Assembly: GCA_963825055.1 (NCBI GenBank)
Contig: CAWGSK010000002.1
Span: forward strand, 1-64,000
Reading direction: 5' to 3'
From: an uncultured Gemmatimonadales bacterium
Lineage (GTDB): Bacteria; Gemmatimonadota; Gemmatimonadetes; Gemmatimonadales; GWC2-71-9
Length of the DNA stretch: 64,000 nucleotides
Notes under the pieces: model-generated
Database searches by the model: none
The model's input: the letters and a program-made list of their open reading frames with translations, nothing else
What the model was told of the DNA's origin: nothing
Position numbers and translations under genes: made by a program
Part shown: one piece after another, positions 60,223 to 64,000 of the stretch
Layout: each line of letters opens with the position of its first letter
Position numbering within the stretch: position 1 is the stretch's first letter

Positions 60223-62145
60223 ATGACGCCCTGGTCCATCAAGGACTCGGAAAAGCTGTACAATCTCCAGCGCTGGGGGCTCGGCTACTTCCGCATCAAT
60301 GAGGCGGGACATGTCGCCGTCCATCCGGACGCCGACCCCGACCGCGGCCTCGACCTCTACCAGCTCGCGCTCGACCTGAACGACCAGGGCGTGCAGCTGC
60401 CCGTACTGCTCCGGTTCTCCGACATCCTCAAGTCCCGGATCGAGATGCTCGCCCGGGAATTCCGCCAGGCCATCGAGGAGTTCGGCTACGAGGGCAGCTA
60501 CACGACCGTCTATCCCATCAAGGTCAACCAGCAGCGCCACGTGGTCGAGGAAATCGTGGAGTTCGGGACGCCCTTCGGGGTGGGCCTCGAGTGCGGCAGC
60601 AAGGGCGAGCTCCAGGCGATCCTCGGCCTGAGCGAGAGTCCCGACCACATCATCGTCTGCAACGGGTACAAGGACGAGGAATTCCACCGGCTCGCGCTCA
60701 TGGGCCAGAAGCTGGGCCATACGGTGGTCGTCGTGCTGGAGCAGCTGAACGAACTCGAGCCGCTGCTGCGCACCGCCGACGAGATGGGCGTGCAGCCCAC
60801 CCTGGGCGTGCGGATCAAGCTGTCGAGCGAGGGCGCGGGCCGCTGGGCCAAGAGCGCCGGCGAGAAGTCCAAGTTCGGCCTCAGCTCCGTCGAGCTGATG
60901 AAGCTGCTCACCCGGCTCCGCCAGGCCGGCCGGCAGGACACCCTCAAGCTGGTGCACTTCCACCTCGGCAGCCAGATCACCGACATCCGCCAGATCAAGA
61001 CGGCGCTGGAGGAGATCTCGCGCTACTACGCCGAACTCCGGCAGATGGGGTTCGACATCCGGTGGGTGGACGTCGGTGGCGGGCTCGGGGTGGACTATGA
61101 CGGGTCGCGTTCCACCCGCTCGGCCAGCATGAACTACAGTGTCCGTGAGTACGCGAGCGACATCGTGTACACCCTCGGCAATGCCTGTCGCGAGGCCGGC
61201 CTGCCGATGCCGGACCTGATCTCCGAATCGGGCCGGGCCATCACCGCGCACCACTCGCTCCTGCTCGTGAACGTGATTGACGTCGAGTCCCAGGTCGAGC
61301 CGATCCCGCCGGTGGTGGGGGAGGACGCCCACCCGCTGCTTCGTGAGATGGCCAACGAGCTGGCGGACATGCACCTGGACCGGGTGCGGGAGATCGTCCA
61401 TGACGCGACGTTCGCCAAACAGCGCGCGCAGGAGATGTACATCAGCGGCGTTCTATCCCTCGAGGAGCGGGCCGACGCGGAACTCCTGTACCTCTGCCTG
61501 ATGAACGGGGTGGCGGGGCTGATCGGCGAGGACCGGGGGAGCTACCCCGAAATCTCGTCCGAACTGGAGACGCTCCTGGTCGACCGGTTCTTCTGCAACT
61601 TTTCCCTCTTCCAGTCATTGCCCGATAAATGGGCGATCGACCAGCTCTTCCCGATCATGCCCATCCACCGGCTGGACGAGGCCCCGTCTCGGCGGGGGAC
61701 CCTGCATGACATCACCTGCGACTCCGACGGCGTGATCGACCGGTTTACCGGCGGCCGGAAGGGCAAGCCCTACCTCGAGCTGCACCCCTTCGAGGACGGC
61801 CGGCCCTACATCCTCGGCATCTTCCTGACCGGGGCGTACCAGGAGATCCTGGGCGACCTGCACAACCTGTTTGGAGATACGAACGCGGTGCACATCCAGC
61901 TCATGCCGGGTGGGTACGAGATTACGGACCTGGTGCATGGTGATACGGTGACCGAGGTGCTCAACTACGTGCAGTTCGGCGCGGCGGACCTGCTCGCCAC
62001 CTTCCGGCGCAAGGTCAGCAACACGAAGTCGCTCACGCGGCAGGAGGCCAACGGCTTCATCGCCGATTACGTTGCCGGGCTCGAGGGGTACACCTACCTC
62101 GAAGGGGACATCCCGGTGGAAGGCGCCGACGGCCGGTCCCGATGA
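60223..62145 (+). CDS. speA: Biosynthetic arginine decarboxylase
   Basis: YPIKVNQ, CNGYKD, HFHLGSQI, DVGGGLGVDYDG, DITCDSDG, GAYQEILGDLHNLFG. Confidence 0.96.
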   Translation: MTPWSIKDSEKLYNLQRWGLGYFRINEAGHVAVHPDADPDRGLDLYQLALDLNDQGVQLPVLLRFSDILKSRIEMLAREFRQAIEEFGYEGSYTTVYPIKVNQQRHVVEEIVEFGTPFGVGLECGSKGELQAILGLSESPDHIIVCNGYKDEEFHRLALMGQKLGHTVVVVLEQLNELEPLLRTADEMGVQPTLGVRIKLSSEGAGRWAKSAGEKSKFGLSSVELMKLLTRLRQAGRQDTLKLVHFHLGSQITDIRQIKTALEEISRYYAELRQMGFDIRWVDVGGGLGVDYDGSRSTRSASMNYSVREYASDIVYTLGNACREAGLPMPDLISESGRAITAHHSLLLVNVIDVESQVEPIPPVVGEDAHPLLREMANELADMHLDRVREIVHDATFAKQRAQEMYISGVLSLEERADAELLYLCLMNGVAGLIGEDRGSYPEISSELETLLVDRFFCNFSLFQSLPDKWAIDQLFPIMPIHRLDEAPSRRGTLHDITCDSDGVIDRFTGGRKGKPYLELHPFEDGRPYILGIFLTGAYQEILGDLHNLFGDTNAVHIQLMPGGYEITDLVHGDTVTEVLNYVQFGAADLLATFRRKVSNTKSLTRQEANGFIADYVAGLEGYTYLEGDIPVEGADGRSR

Positions 62146-62151
62146 CACGAA

Positions 62152-62176
62152 GGGGCGGCGCCACCGGCACCGCCCC
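62152..62176 (-). terminator. Hairpin between convergent speA and gltA
   Basis: Minus strand GGGGCGGTGCC-GGT-GGCGCCGCCCC (one G-U pair), short T tail. Confidence 0.55.
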
Positions 62177-62228
62177 CCGCTGACTTCCTGTTTCTCCCCT
62201 CGTCCTTCTCACCGCCTGCCCCTACTCC

Positions 62229-63545
<1,317 letters not shown>

Positions 63546-63609
63546 GGTGAGCAGTAACGAACGGTCGCAAGATAGCCGGTCCTCCGGCCAACCTGAATAG
63601 GCCCTGCCC

Positions 63610-64000
63610 ATGTCTCCCGACACCCCCTCGCGCCAGGATCGTGGCCGCGGCTGCCTCATGGGCCTGGCCGCCGGCAATGCGCTCGGCCTCCCCACGGAAC
63701 TGCTGGAAACCCCGGACGCGATCCGGGCGGTGTTTCCCGATGGCCTGACGGACATCCTGCGGCAGGATACCGCGGAAAGTCCCTGGGACGACGATACCGC
63801 CCTGGCCGTCATCACCGCCGAGGCGCTGGCGAGCGGGCAGGTGGACATGAGGGCGATGGCCCACCGTGCCGTCGTCTGGCGGCAGCAGGATGGTCGCGGC
63901 ATCGGCGACTGGACCCGCCGCGCCCTGGACCACATCGCCACGCACGATGCCCCACCCTCCGACACTGGTGGCCGGGCCTCCAATGGCAGCCTGGCCCGCT
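63610..64000 (+). CDS. ADP-ribosylglycohydrolase family protein, runs off the window
   Basis: Hand-translated: RGCLMGLAAGNALG, WDDDT, GRGIG, ASNGSLAR. Confidence 0.85.
   Translation, partial: MSPDTPSRQDRGRGCLMGLAAGNALGLPTELLETPDAIRAVFPDGLTDILRQDTAESPWDDDTALAVITAEALASGQVDMRAMAHRAVVWRQQDGRGIGDWTRRALDHIATHDAPPSDTGGRASNGSLAR

Overview
High-GC, densely coding bacterial chromosomal segment, probably Gemmatimonadota (inferred from gene style: BTAD/TPR regulator, Ser/Thr kinase, many lipoproteins). About 55 CDS. Housekeeping and metabolic genes: aguB-aguA and speA polyamine genes, a glgP-glgA-GH57-GH57 glycogen cluster, ettA, thrB-thrC, pntA1A2B, a sigma-70 factor, acnA, gltA, infA, csp, queE/queC, and a PIG-L/ABC/MFS operon. 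No rRNA, tRNA, CRISPR, integrase or transposase was seen. The best candidate for an undescribed system is 49843-54376. It holds a tightly packed operon of a GAF-GGDEF diguanylate cyclase, an ABATE/CGNR-type Zn-finger protein and a soluble pseudokinase-kinase tandem (JAK-like domain order). A candidate ~110-nt sRNA with a clean sigma-70 promoter and intrinsic terminator lies divergent to it, followed by a catalytically degenerate RelA/SpoT-type HD protein. Also notable: a perfect 12x AACGACTC array in front of queC, many 7-9-nt tandem arrays at gene ends and in intergenic gaps, several probably leaderless genes, and two paralogous four-Cys lipoproteins. Many start codons were moved from the ORF track by eye. 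No database searches were run, so family names come from motif recognition.
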